Origin: Dicyema japonicum | Lineage: Eukaryota > Animalia > Dicyemida | Assembly (NCBI GenBank): GCA_011109175.1 | Contig: RDEW01000007.1 | Span: forward strand, 495,712 to 559,711 | DNA length: 64,000 nucleotides | Reading direction: 5' to 3' | Shown: in pieces, positions 1 through 12,239 of the stretch | Numbering within the stretch: position 1 is the first letter of the stretch | Layout: each line of letters opens with the position of its first letter | The notes under the pieces: generated by a model | Told to the model about the DNA's origin: nothing | Database searches by the model: none | What the model saw: only the letters and a program-made list of their open reading frames with translations | Translations under genes and position numbers: made by a program

Positions 1-175
1 TCATGTAAAAGAATCCGATTAACAAGATTATTTAGCAACTAGTTTTACAATCGACCACGTGGGCTGAACAAATTGGTTATTAGTAGAGACTATCTGCTCA
101 CATAGCATGAGTAGAACAAATTCTCGATAACCCTCACCCATTACACCATCCAATGGACAACCAGAAAGCCACCTG

Positions 176-388
176 TTGAAAGAGGAAGGATCCAACGTGG
201 AAGGGGATCAAGATCTTTACCATTATGCAAGAAATAATGGCTGCTCTTCGCCACAGAGGTTGTCCACGTCAAAGAGGACCAACCACGACTGGCGTATTAA
301 GCCCACCAGACTCTCCACTGGTCATGATACTGACCCTCAGCATGCGAAAGATCACTCAAAAACCGCATTTGATAACCGTTATCATTAA
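176..388 (+). CDS. Possible 3' exon of an unidentified gene entering from the left
   Basis: Open frame ending TAA at 388, 16 bp from the convergent LAMP stop. No recognisable homology and the upstream frame is unresolved. Confidence 0.25.
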   Translation: MKEEGSNVEGDQDLYHYARNNGCSSPQRLSTSKRTNHDWRIKPTRLSTGHDTDPQHAKDHSKTAFDNRYH

Positions 389-404
389 TGATAAATGTAA
401 GTGA

Positions 405-1160
405 TTAAAATGATTCGTAAGTGACTCTCTTGTTGCGTCTGACAAGCATAAACACCACAAATGATATCCCCATGACCAAAAATAACAACGCTACCAAGGA
501 TTATTGGAGTTTTGTTCTTTTTGGAAATGTCGGCCAAGCATTCCCGAACTAATTTCCCGCCTTAATTATACCTTGACCTTCAAAATTAATGGAAGGATCA
601 TCTCTGTACATCTGAACCCAAAGCTGATCCATCTCAAGAGTCCACAAAGTCAAGTTCAGGGACATCACAGACTGACAACGGAAATAATTATTTTGGTTAG
701 TCTGGAATAATTTTAAATTTGAATTTTCATAGCGTTTATCTAAGACTCACAGCAACCCAAACCAGAGTGGTAGAAGATGACCATCTCGACGTAATAGTAA
801 TAGTCATCCACCAGTGTCCCGTAGAACGTTAAATTGCTCCCCTTGGTCGACAAAACCAACTTTTGGTCTTTGCGGTCACACGAACTCCCCAGAGTGGTTG
901 AGTTTATTGGGTTGAATATAACGGACCACATAAAACAAATAATTTACATTTCCGTTATGGTCTGTGAGGTTGACTCTCGCCTGGAAGAGAATGCAGAAGT
1001 TACCCTTTTCGTCCCTTACCGTCCATAAATCAGAAGGAATCTCGGTTAAGCTTTTTTGTAGGTTTTGCTAAAGGTTATGCTTACATTAACTTTGGAAAAG
1101 GATAATGAAAAAACTAAATGGTAAAGTAATGCTTAATGACTTACAAAGGATGACTATCAT
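405..1160 (-). CDS. LAMP-family lysosomal membrane glycoprotein (single luminal domain), 5 micro-introns
   Basis: Spliced: MIVILFFSLSFSK|QNLQ..WTVRDEKGNFCILFQARVNLTDHNGN|SVIFNP..GSSC..LFQTNQNNYFRC..LWVQMY..|VRECLAD..PIILG-TM-RRNKRVTYESF*. Signal peptide, 4 Cys, TM helix and YxxPhi tail. Introns of 31, 23, 22 (GT-GG), 23 and 23 nt. One extra base in the run at 478-482. Confidence 0.85.
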
Positions 1161-1313
1161 CTTCAATACAATTAATTTATTGTTTTCCGATTATTTGCTT
1201 TAACACATTATAAAAATAATTTAAATAAAATTAAACAAATAAATATTAATTTAATATTTATTAGTCGACCAGATTCACAATAAATGTATTTTTATATATT
1301 TGATAGATAAATA

Positions 1314-1380
1314 AGCCGGGCAGCATAGTGGTCAGTATTGTCGCGATTAGCCTACCTAGTAGACTGGTTCCGTTTCACTT
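1314..1380 (+). repeat. Degenerate tRNA-like (SINE-head-like) sequence
   Basis: GCCGGGCAGCATAGTGGTCAGTA (A-box-like) followed by GGTTCCGTTTC (B-box-like); no complete cloverleaf. Confidence 0.3.
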
Positions 1381-1739
1381 TGGCCTTTTCCAAATCCTAA
1401 ATGGGATCCACCTGTCTCTGGAGACGAGCAATACCTTATTGGTATCCGAAAATCTACCTCTTGCGCTTTACTCTGGCCGTGGGAACTGGAAATACTATAG
1501 TTGGACCAGGGTTTTGAGATCTAAAGTCGAGTGCGAGCAGTTTCAGTTCCAAAACATTTTCTCGTATCTTGCGCTTTCTAGACATTTTTCATAATGGCTG
1601 TCCAATAAAGAAACCAGACAAACCACCGCCCCACTATTAAGGAATTGAAAACCAGAGACGATTTGGACTATACAAAATCACTGGCTAACAGTTGAGACAC
1701 GTGAAGGATTTCCATAAAAGTGCAAATCATACGTTCTAG

Positions 1740-1895
1740 TTTTAAACAATTTCTCCGTCCCAACCGCATTTGAGACTTGGGCGTGGCAAGTCACTATAGG
1801 CCTTTTCCAAGAGATTGGAATTGCTCACTATAGGCGTCTTGGAATTGCCATCGTTAGCAGCAATGTCCACTGTCTCTCAGCAGTTGGTTCTGACT
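1740..1895 (+). mobile_element. CRE-clade LINE 3' remnant
   Basis: Encodes FET and GIAIVSSNVHCLSAVG, matching the C-terminus of the copy at 27790-28660. Confidence 0.5.
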
Positions 1896-2984
1896 TACTT
1901 TTTTATATTAATTAAATAAATTCAATTTTAGTTTTTAACAATTTTCTTGTCTAAAGTTTAGCATGGTCACCTCCGACGATTTCATGGACAACCAAAGGCC
2001 TCTTAATTGATGGTCCTGGACGGGGTCCTCAAAAAGGTATGGAGGTGTCTAAGATTGGAGAGAACATAATGGATTACGAGAGCCTGCTTGCGACAAGAAC
2101 AAGTGTAGGAGAATGACGTCATTGCACATGATTTGTCATGACCATCGATTAGCGAGTGCATTAATAATTTGTTTGAAATATTCAGTCACGTGTGATGAAA
2201 ATGGGAGATCAATAAACAGTGTTGATTACTAGTTGATTAAATTTCGGTTTAATTACTATTTGAAATGATTTTAAAATTTTAGTCAATTATGTCTAGTTAG
2301 TGACGTAATTATATACACTTAATGTCTCCACAAGGTAAGTTTCACCTCTCGTCTCCCATTTGGTGACATTAGATATGGGACCTCCGGAAATAAGGAAGCA
2401 GCATACTTTGTATAAATATTTTATTTTTAATTAGGGTATCGAAGATGGTGAGATGTTGACGTGTCTCTGTTAGGTCTCCAAAGCATTATACTAACACGAC
2501 TCTGTCTCGGTCTTCCTAAAAAGAATAGAGTTGAATTTGGGAAGTTTCCTACAAAGGAGATTTTGGCTGATATCCAAAAGAATATTCATACATGAAAAGT
2601 TTGTGGAGGAGTCATTATTATTAACCCAGAAACACCAATTGTTACTCTCTTGAGATTAATTAGCTGATCCCGACAATCCTGATGAGCTTTACCCCGATGT
2701 TGGACTTTTGACCCAACACAGTCACGGTACGGGCGGGGGACAGTGTTCGTGAGAAGACCAACTGGGGTGATGTGCTTCTGGAAACTGCTTGACACAGGAC
2801 GGTCTGTCGACGACAGGTCCTGCTGGAGGGTTAAGAAACTCTTGCCGTTTTGCTTGATAAGGTGGTCTCCGGTGGATATAACACGTTACTTTATTGAATG
2901 TTCACCGAATTTTTGTCAATAAATTTGAGGCCTTCACGATATTTTGTGTGATGAGCTAGTGAAAATTGTTAGTTGAGAATACTC

Positions 2985-4430
2985 ACCGGACACGTGGTTT
3001 CACACCGGAGTAACCTATCTATTTCCTAAAAAATGGCTTGTGGATCACCAGATGATTTGCGTCCAAGCACGTGCAACCCTATATTTGTAAATTATTCACT
3101 AAATGTGTTAATGGAGGCATTCGATCGCGTATCTGATAATCAGTTGGGAGCAAAGAGGAGATCCTCAAGGCGTCAAAGAGCAAGCCTTGACCAATCGGTG
3201 TATAAACAATAAGCATGGAATAAGATCCAACTTGGATCCACGTTAGAAAGCACATGATTCAGTGGACCATAATTTTCAGTGTTATGCATTGGAATGTTCG
3301 GAACTTGCAAACTGGATAGAGAATTTCATGAAGAGGCTAACTACTAAATGGAGAGTAATCCTAAACTTAAGCATGGAGAGGATTGGGATAGTTGCATTGA
3401 AGCGTGGAGTACTAAAAGGAGACTCTTTGTCTCCCCAACTTTTTGTTTTAGTAATCCGTTGAGCAAAATCCTGAATAAGAACTAAATTGGGGATTACTTC
3501 AATTTTCCAAAAGAGTGGGCTGTACCAGTTTCTGACTTATATGGAAGGAAAATCGGATATTTCGCTAAGGATGGAATCTTGCGGGCCTTGAAAAAAAACG
3601 ACCACGATCGCTAGATTCCTAGGTGGAACTAACTCAAGTTAATATGAAGACTATCAGAGAAAGTTAGGAGAAAGGCCTGATTGATTCTATTGAGAAGCCA
3701 CTTCACTCTATGCTGTTTAACAATTGCCAAGATGGAAACGTTGATCTGGCGGATCTTCGAGGTGGTTAACCAGTGGAAATAATAGCCCGAGATTGGAGGG
3801 CATGTATTGTTTGCTTCAGGAGATGAACTTGTTTTTTGATACCAATGATTCAAGGCTAAGAAATCAGTGGATCATTTGATTACACGTTGTATCAGAATGC
3901 TCAATAGTGACTTTATGAGGAGGCATATTGAAGTGGCTAGATGACGCTGAAGTGCAGGACAATAAACCAGACATTTTCGTGTATGACAAAGTGAAGAATG
4001 ACATTGTGATTATACAAGTTGGGATCACCCCACAAGAAGTACTCAGGCATACAGAGGTGGAAAAACTCACAGGTATGACTTGCTTGCTAGAGAATTGAGT
4101 TTGCCATACGATGCTCCTGTGAGAATTATCCCTGTGGTTTTGGTATGGGACGGGATTATCTCCACGTGCTACAGAAATTATTTGAAAGGTTTGTCGACTG
4201 ATGTGTCAATAAAAGCTTATATTCAATCGATGGAGTTAAAGAAAACATTAGAAAGTGTCGAGCACAAACATGGAGTCATGGAAATCCTCTACGCGTCGAG
4301 GGGGCTTGAAGAGCCGGCAACTCATTACATTGGTGAAGCGGCGAACCCGCAGTCCTATGAGGAAGTTGAAGTCAGGTGGAAGGCTGGTGAAGATCCTCTA
4401 AAAGAAGAGGAATACGCCTTAAAGTTTTGA
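2985..4430 (+). mobile_element. Decayed R4/Dong-like non-LTR retrotransposon (RT plus restriction-like endonuclease)
   Basis: Fragments WFHTGVTYLFPK, NQLGAK, KAHDSVDH, GVLKGDSLSPQLFVL, NKPDIFVYDK..IIQVGIT and YDLLAREL..IIPVVLVWDGII, broken by stops and frameshifts. Confidence 0.8.
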
Positions 4431-4898
4431 GATGAAAGTTCGATCAATTATATTAACTCCCTCACCTTCAAGTAAAGAAACCGGTGGTCAACAATAATGT
4501 AACTGCCGAAAGCAAACGTCTCAAAGGTCGTATGCTTGATTCAGTGTGAGGAGCAATTAATCCTCAGTTTCCAAGTTCGAAGTAACCGTCTTTTCTATAG
4601 AACAGTCTTTCCATATTCGAGTTGTGAAAGCCATCCATGGAGTAGAAGTGAGAGATCCTTTTTGGATACTGGCAAACAATAAGCCTAACACGAGACAGGT
4701 TAATCACGCCTTGCTTACTCCAAAATAGCGAAAATCGAAAAAATAAAAATTTATTAATATTATTAATTCAAATAATATACAACCAAAGATTAAAAACGTA
4801 ACTCAAATATTATTATCAATAGTTCAAAGCAAATATAATGTTAATGTTGATAGCTGCTTTGACAACTAATTATTTAAATACGTGCACTATAAAAATTT

Positions 4899-5085
4899 GT
4901 CGCTTCTCGGCCTTTTGGCTAAGATCAAAGTGTAGTATCTGTTCTTTCCAGCTTTATATCTGGGACGCCCTTACAAGGGGCAAGATATAATGCTTATTTT
5001 TGTAACCTGGTGTGTGTTGCGAAGCTTGCTTCCGCCATACCGCGCGTCCTCCCAGTATTGCAGTACTTCTGGGTTGGGCGCATAA
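4899..5085 (+). ncRNA. U2: U2 spliceosomal snRNA
   Basis: GTCGCTTCTCGGCCTTTTGGCTAAGATCAAAGTGTAGTATCTGTTCT with an intact GUAGUA branch-pairing motif. Compensated stem IIa (TTCCAG/CTGGGA), stem IIb, Sm site ATTTTTG and loop IV TATTGCAGTAC are present. Confidence 0.97.
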
Positions 5086-5319
5086 CCCCTTTGGGGTTTC
5101 TTAAAATTTAACAAATGTATTTGAATTTGAGAAATATTAAAAGCCGTAGGCTTGTAACGTGAGATGGAAAAAGAACTCCGCTGGGATCGCAGTTTTCCCT
5201 TTCTCTCAGGTAACTTTCTAAATTGAATGTAACGAGTGCATGGAATATGTTTTTTGCTGCCCCTTGTATGAATTTCGTTTCTTTACTTCCTGGCTAAAGT
5301 TTCCACGCATCTACAAGTG

Positions 5320-5812
5320 GCGCCGTCATTAGTGAACATCTCACCTCGGAACCGGATCGTCTATAAAGGACTCACACCCAAAATAAATGAATAGCATTCT
5401 TAGTTTTTCCTCATCGATTAGTTAGCATTACTGTTCTTTACTTGTGTGTCTAGCCTGGAAGGAGCGATAGCTAAACGTTTTTTATTAAATGTCTGCGTAT
5501 TTATTTATAGAAAGTTTTACTAAATGGATAAGAACTGTCTTTCTCTTCCTGGACTAAGACAGTACAGATATCAGGTTCTCTCATTGTGTTATTCTTTGAT
5601 CTCTCTGTAAGATGGGGATATCGACCTTTGAGGTCACCGAAATGAGTGCTTAGTCTTCATGCCTTTTTCTTAAGGTACGGACATCTATCAGAAATATATT
5701 TAGTCCTCTAGTCAGCAAACTTTCTGTTAGCCCAGAACCAGGACCAACAGTTTTACTGAGTCGAGTGACGCAGTCATCAGTGATTCATCACTGCGGAATC
5801 GGATTGTCTCGG
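5320..5812 (+). repeat. Two partial copies (about 5320-5362 and 5755-5812) of the SINE body box TCATCAGTGAACATCTCACTGCGGAACCGGATCGTC
   Basis: Similar to 45360-45420(-), 60860-60900(+) and 62931-62965(-). Confidence 0.6.
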
Positions 5813-6299
5813 GGACTCATAAGCATGCAAAAAATAAAAGAACAAAAAATTAAGAACAACAGTGAAATAAAAATTTAGACATTGACAATTTAGACTTACA
5901 AAGGTTATGTGATCCTTGGTAACCCTCACACGTGGATCCTTGGTAACCCTTTGGATCATTGAACCGATCTTACAGACTAGAACGTCCGCTTGTGGGCCAA
6001 GGATTCATGATATCTCAACAGTAAATGGGACAAACAAGTGATCCTCCTAGATGCTTCGATACCTCCTTCTTTTCTGATGTCAAATAATAGATAAAAATTC
6101 CAAGGGGAAATGTTCACTGTGGGAAGGTACGTGAGCAACTTGATTGTCTTTAAGTGTCTTCGTTCAAACTCTTAAAGCGATAGAAAAACAAAATTGTAGG
6201 AGAGCGGTTGGGTCGGATTCCTGCCGAGTTGATCAAGTTTGGAGCAACTAAATTGGCTGGAATACTCACTCTCGTATTTTACAAAGCTTTTAACGACAA

Positions 6300-7397
6300 A
6301 AGTGACCTTGGAGATGGGAAAGGTGAGCAAATTCCGGAAAACCTAGGGGTCTCTATTGTTTAACTTACGGAAAACACTTTCTATTGTCGTATTTCATGAT
6401 GTCACCTGGACAGAGTGGATTCAGAGAGTGAAGGTCTACCACTTACGCCGTCTGGACGCACAGATGGTCTGGAGCTCTATGTCAAAAAAGTTATTTGGAT
6501 CAACATGCTTCGTGCATTGCATATTCATTAAAATTTTAAGAATCTTTCTCAACGCAGATGATCTTGGAATGATCTCCATGCTGCCATAAAGTACTCTCTA
6601 GCAGTCAAATTGGGAAACTTTAGCTCTAACTTTTCGAAACCACTTAGAGAGTTTCTACAAGGAGACTCTTTATCCCCCTTTTTAGTTACTTATCTCGATG
6701 CTCGTTTACAGACTTCAGATCGTCTATCGAAGGCCAATATATTAGTTGATTTATGCAGATATCTGAACTTTATATAGAACTCACACTTTATTATAAGAAT
6801 TCGACCGCTCTTGGGGAATAATGAAGATGTAGCTCGATGAAAATCCTTGCCTCTGGTGCTTTCAGAAACCTAGTAATGTCGCTCGGGTAGAGAGCTCTGT
6901 GGAAAAGTAAAGCTAAGAATGTACAATGCTTGTGGAAAGTTAATTTATATTTGTGCGACATGGGGGTTGTTAAAACAGCCTATGGAGAGGCAGCTTTCAC
7001 CGCATCATGTTCAGAACTCGACGATATACTATGAAGATCAATAACGCAAAATTATACAAATTATGTGACACAGAACAACTATCGATGGAAATCCAATGAT
7101 CTAAATGGAGACTGTTGGGTCACATTTTGAAAATTTACTTGGTGGTAACAGCAAAATGTGTGATAGAAGAATATCTCATGGAAAAAAAGATCATTCCGAG
7201 GAAGGCCAGGGCAAATCTACCCTCTGTGTTAAATGAAGACTTAAAAAGCGTCGGCAGAAAAATATATGGCCGACATCTCGAAAACTAAGAGAACTTGCAG
7301 AATAGAGGGGACCTTGAATGAGACTGGTTAGCCCGGCACAAGGGAACCTAATTGACTTTTTTGTTTTTTACGCGTCTCGTCGGTGACAATAATAATA
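6300..7397 (+). mobile_element. Decayed RTE-type LINE, 3' half with (TAA)n tail
   Basis: QGDSL and IYAD remnants. The stretch 7080-7397 aligns with the 3' end of the intact element (CACAAGGGAACC..AATTGACTTTT..AATAATAAT). Confidence 0.75.
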
Positions 7398-7522
7398 TAC
7401 ACTCCGTGCAACAAAGGTAGGCACCATCTCAACCTTCCAACAAATTAACCACTTGACTAACCAATCTAACAACAATAAAAATAATATAAACAAAATTACA
7501 AATAATGTAAAGTAAATAAAAA

Positions 7523-10500
7523 CTATGACACAATATTCCAAATATTATCAAAGTATTTATCCCTAAAAATAAATAAAATAAAAAACCGAATTCGCATATT
7601 CAAATAAACCCAACACCTGAAATCAGTGTTATCCATGATATCTTTCCTAACATCATCTATTCCCAACATTTTCTCAATTATTGAGATATTAAGCATGCTA
7701 ATGCTACTGGAGTCCACGACAGCTGGTTGGAGGAGGAGAGACCTAAAGTCCCTTCCCAGTGACTTCTTCACCACAATATAGTCATCCAGGGTCTTTATTC
7801 CATGCCACAACACAATCATCACAAACTCACGAAATAACGAGTTCTAGTAATAAATAATAAACACAGCCTTATAGGACGAATCACACAGAAAAGTATGCAA
7901 TGACTAATACAAGTGGGGGTGACATTATTAGAGGACAATTCCTCAATAAGTCTAACTCCCAACTGAGTCCCTTCACTGGTAAAGACAATGCAAACCAGAA
8001 TTGATGATAGCGACTGTTGCCATTATGAAGAAAGCGGCATGAATATGGGGTAACCGAATATCCCCGTCTGTCTGAAGGGAGAGGATAGCCTCAATGACGA
8101 CCATAATCTACAATCTCATATAATCGCTACAAGTTGTCGTTCAGGGAATGAATTACAAGTAATATGACGAGTAAGTTCAAATAGACAACTCACAGAAATA
8201 ACACGAACGTGTTTAGATGAACTAGTAAGGGCACCAATCAGCAGACATAGACAATTCCTTTTAATTAGAAGCAGCAAGTGAGGGAATTCGTCTGAGAATA
8301 ATGAAATCACAAACCATAATGAAGATAATTGAATATTACTGGGAGAACAAAGCAGGGGTCATAGTAGTTGCTATCACTCAGATACGACATAGTCTGAGAT
8401 TACGAAATAATACCACCTCAAAGTGTCGTTCAGTGGGGTAGTAGAGTGAGGAAAGAAGCATAATGTGGGGGTTGATCTGATATAATATTTGATCAATTTT
8501 ACAACTCTTGAGAGCCTCACCCCAACCGATTGGTCTAGTTATTACGACAATCACAACTGGCAAAATCTGAACGAAGTATTCCCGAATGACTGATAAATAT
8601 TCAGTATTTTCACAATTCTTTGATCTAAGGGACTAAGTTACAGAAATACCCTTTAAAGACAACGTCCCAGTAGATGAGGACATAAAGTAAGGAGATGCTG
8701 AAAGTTACATAAATCAATAAATTGTGGGAGTTTGTCAATGAGAAAGTCCATAATAATTATTCCAATATTAGTCTCTGCCCGAATAATCATAGACAAGTCA
8801 TCCATATCATTCAAAATAGACTCCAATTTCTGTCTGAAGCCACCAGCCGACTCTATGAGACCCCAAAACTCCTCATCAATGGGAACACAACCCCCACTAG
8901 CATGAACACACATATATTACCTAATCATCACAAATTTATTCAATTCCAATTTGATTGACGGAAATTGCTTGTATATTTCATTAATGAGACCAATGTGGTG
9001 GTGGTTGTATTCGACATTAACAAGCTGGCACGTGTATTTTGTTAGACAGTCTTGTAGTTTGTCATGTATCACGTTATTATGATAATTTCTCAGCATTTCC
9101 GTGAGGTTGTCATTCTTGAGTAGAGAAACCACCATTGATGAAATGTCGGTGGAGGGAGTATGGCCACACAGAATAACAATCAGAGAGGTAATGAGACTGC
9201 TGTTGGTCAAACAAGGAAATAATAATTTTGACTTTTCAAACAAAGACGTTAATCCGTCAGCATCGGTGGACTCAACAAACACTCTCAGTGATTCTTCCGC
9301 CCTAAAATCAATCCGATTTGGGATGTCGGGAGTAATCTTCACCAAAACAGGCCAAAAGCGTTTAGCGTTCACCAATAATCCAGAGAGGACAAGTCTCCAC
9401 ATCCACAGACTGAATTTCATTGATTTCATAACTCTCTCGTGTGACATTATCTGTCGTAGTATTTTCGGGTCAACCTCCCCCCAACATATTGGAATAAAGT
9501 AATCGTGTTGTCGAAATGTCCTCACAAATAGTTTACAAGAACTAGAAGAGTTACAGCAAACTGACAGAAACAGGCTAGTAATAGCATCAGGACTAATCTT
9601 CAATCCATGCAGTCTCAGCAAATCATAATGAGTGTCCACAAATAATAGTAATTGAACTTCAAACTCATCAGGTTTGTCAGAATCCCCCTCAAACTGAGAT
9701 AATCCTTCAATCATTGCAACACAAAATGATTTTGGTACATTTCTCACAATTTGAGATATTTCAGCCAAAATACACAAATATTGGAGGGAATGTAGGAGTA
9801 CTCCACTGAACAGCCATTCCATAAAGTCAGAATCTCCCATTATTCCATACTTCCTCACAATTGAAAGCAACAATTTCAAAAGAGGACACAAATCATGATC
9901 ACTTGATAAGTTTCTCAGTAAAACAGTCAATCGACGGAATATGATACATTCGGAATTTACAACTCGACAGTCTGAGTTGTTGGTCCCCTCCATCAAATCC
10001 GTGATTACACCATGCAGTGAAGATGGAAAGTGTGAATAGATTCCCTCTGCTTCAGAAGACATTCTCGGTCGTTTATTACAAGGAACAGCATACTCACCAA
10101 TATAATGTCTGTCAGAAAAGGCGGTCAACAAGTCAGAGTCCACGTGTTCACATATATTCATGATACTCACAATATAGTCTCCATTAATTCCATCAGTGAC
10201 TGTATTAAATCCACCAAAAAGAGACTCAAGTTTGGAATAACCCAGCCGACAGTCATAACAAGCTAAAATGAGATCAACAACGAGAGAATAATCACAGTGG
10301 ACAGTATAATTGACCACCTTAGCAATGGCAGAGGCAGTCTCCATTCTATTGGGAGACGCATTAGTATATAATACAAGGTTGGGTATGCAGTCACCCCCAC
10401 AATCCGCAATCTCATCAGCAAAGGTGGTAACAAATGTTGAAAAAGTCGAAGAATATTTGTTAAATGACAAATTCTGTGTTACTTCCTCATCACAGAATGG

Positions 10501-11963
10501 GTGCAATAACACATTCAGAATATCATTAAATTTGTCAATACGAGAATACAAGAACATCTCCCAAGTTCCCATATTTATCAGTACTTCCATACACAAATGG
10601 AGAACATTTAGCCCAAAACAACCCCCTTCTTTGTGCGCAAAGTTAATAATCAATAAGAAATCAGGCAAATCAGGAATAATCTAAACTGCAGCACAATCAA
10701 TAACCATTCTGGCACATCTTTTTAACTCCATAATTGTCTCAAAGTCATCCAAGACATCGATAATAGCACGTGCTGTAGAACAGATTATATCGAACATGGA
10801 CAAAATACACATTCTATCCGCATTTGACGTGTCTTCTCTTACCAACAGAGTCGATAACTTGGCATCAACGTGAAAATCATAAAGTAGGTAATCAGTCACG
10901 TGTTTAGGAACAACGAGTCGCGTACATTAACGTAGATGGCCTCATGAACCTGAAGTTATGTAAACAAGTACCGTCAAGAGGGACTTTAAGTCAGTTTGTA
11001 AGTCATTGGGGACTGGTAGGCACAACACAACCAATCTACACAGAGTAACATAGTTAGTCCATCCACACAATCTAACTGCCTTCCTCCCATATACTTTAAT
11101 AATATCCCTAAATAAATGAAATAGACAAACTCAGAGTGAACTCCAAAGGGGGAGGTCTTCCAAAGAAAAGAGAATTTAATATTTGATCCGCCTGCTCACT
11201 CAAGTGGCATTCATATAAAGCGAATATTGAATCGACTATTTTTTGATTAACAAAAAACTCGTATTTGACACCAAAGTCGACAAATTCGTTCAAAATGACC
11301 TAAAATAATGTTAACGTGTACATTCTCAATCCACGTGGGGACAAAAGCTGTGACCACGTGTTCTTTATACTGAGAAATCCCAACAAAAACATCCTCCAAA
11401 TAATATTCTGCCTAAGAATGTCGTTGATTTTAGGGTTATTCCCCAAAGTGACGAGAGCGCACGTAGCAAATTGGACGAAGGTAGTTCTGACGTCATTTTC
11501 GTCCTAAAATTGTTAAATTATGTCACCTTTGTGTCAACTCGACTGTGGCAAATGGTAGGAATGTGACTATTAGCTACCAACACCAGAAAATCCTTGAGCA
11601 GATATAATCATCGTGGACACAACAGGCCATGAGGAAAATCAAAACCGATTTCAAACGGTTCGAGGTTTGGTTTCTCTCGAAAACTGAAAAAATGGCCTTC
11701 CAATTTCGGTAGTAAATGCTTATAAGTGATTTCTTCAAAAAAGGAACCAAAATTTTAATGGAATTCTCATTTTTGATCGTTGAAGCAAAAATATATGACT
11801 TTTTTTGTTGTTTCATACAATTTGATTTTCTAGGGTTATATTATTGCTTACTTGGTTGACCTTTAAATTTTTTATTTCATAAAAGGACAATATCTTTATG
11901 AGTTGTTTCCTCAGAGAATAGTTGGTTTGGTTTCTACTGAATTCTGATTTCCACGTCCGTCAT
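7523..11963 (-). CDS. URB1: URB1/Npa1 nucleolar pre-ribosomal-associated protein, about 15 micro-introns
   Basis: N-terminal DVRTTFVQFATCALVTLGNNPKINDIL. C-terminal GTLSLKDQRIVKILNIYQ, INPHIMLLSSLYYP, YDPCFVLP, LLIGALTSSSKHVR, RLPHIHAAFF and VLWHGIKTLDDY match URB1 motifs. About 7 single-base indels are needed to keep frame. Both termini are approximate. Confidence 0.85.
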
Positions 11964-12239
11964 TCTATTAACTAGTAGTTACACGAGAAAAGTGCAAAAA
12001 ATGCATGTTTTATTTTAAATTATTTTATTTAATTAAAGGTTATTTTAATTATTTTATTAAAAAATATTTTTATTTGAATGGTGATTCAAGAATTGGTGTC
12101 AGCAAAATGCGTCTAAACGATTAATGTACTCTAAAAGGTACAAGACAAATATTTAGGGTGATAAGAATCTTACCGAACTGGACGACTTTTACTAAGAGTT
12201 ATCGAATACATCGATTAATATTTGTCGTCACCACTGATA

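Noticed and set aside
5080-5098. Resemblance to the start of the T7 terminator (GCATAACCCCTT.GGGG)
   Set aside because: The rest of the terminator is absent and the context is continuous with U2, so it is not vector.
8650-8700. prfB-like or Euplotes-like +1 frameshift at CTT-TAA
   Set aside because: URB1 homology (GTLSLKDQ) needs a -1 correction upstream instead.
9101-10684. + strand ORFs opposite URB1 (and antisense ORFs over the RTE, CRE, LC8 and ETS sequences)
   Set aside because: Shadow ORFs of real coding sequence with no independent support.
10900-10925. Possible 26-nt GT-AC intron in URB1
   Set aside because: One missing A in an A run restores the frame (DSLFLKHVTDY), and this gene has several such indels.
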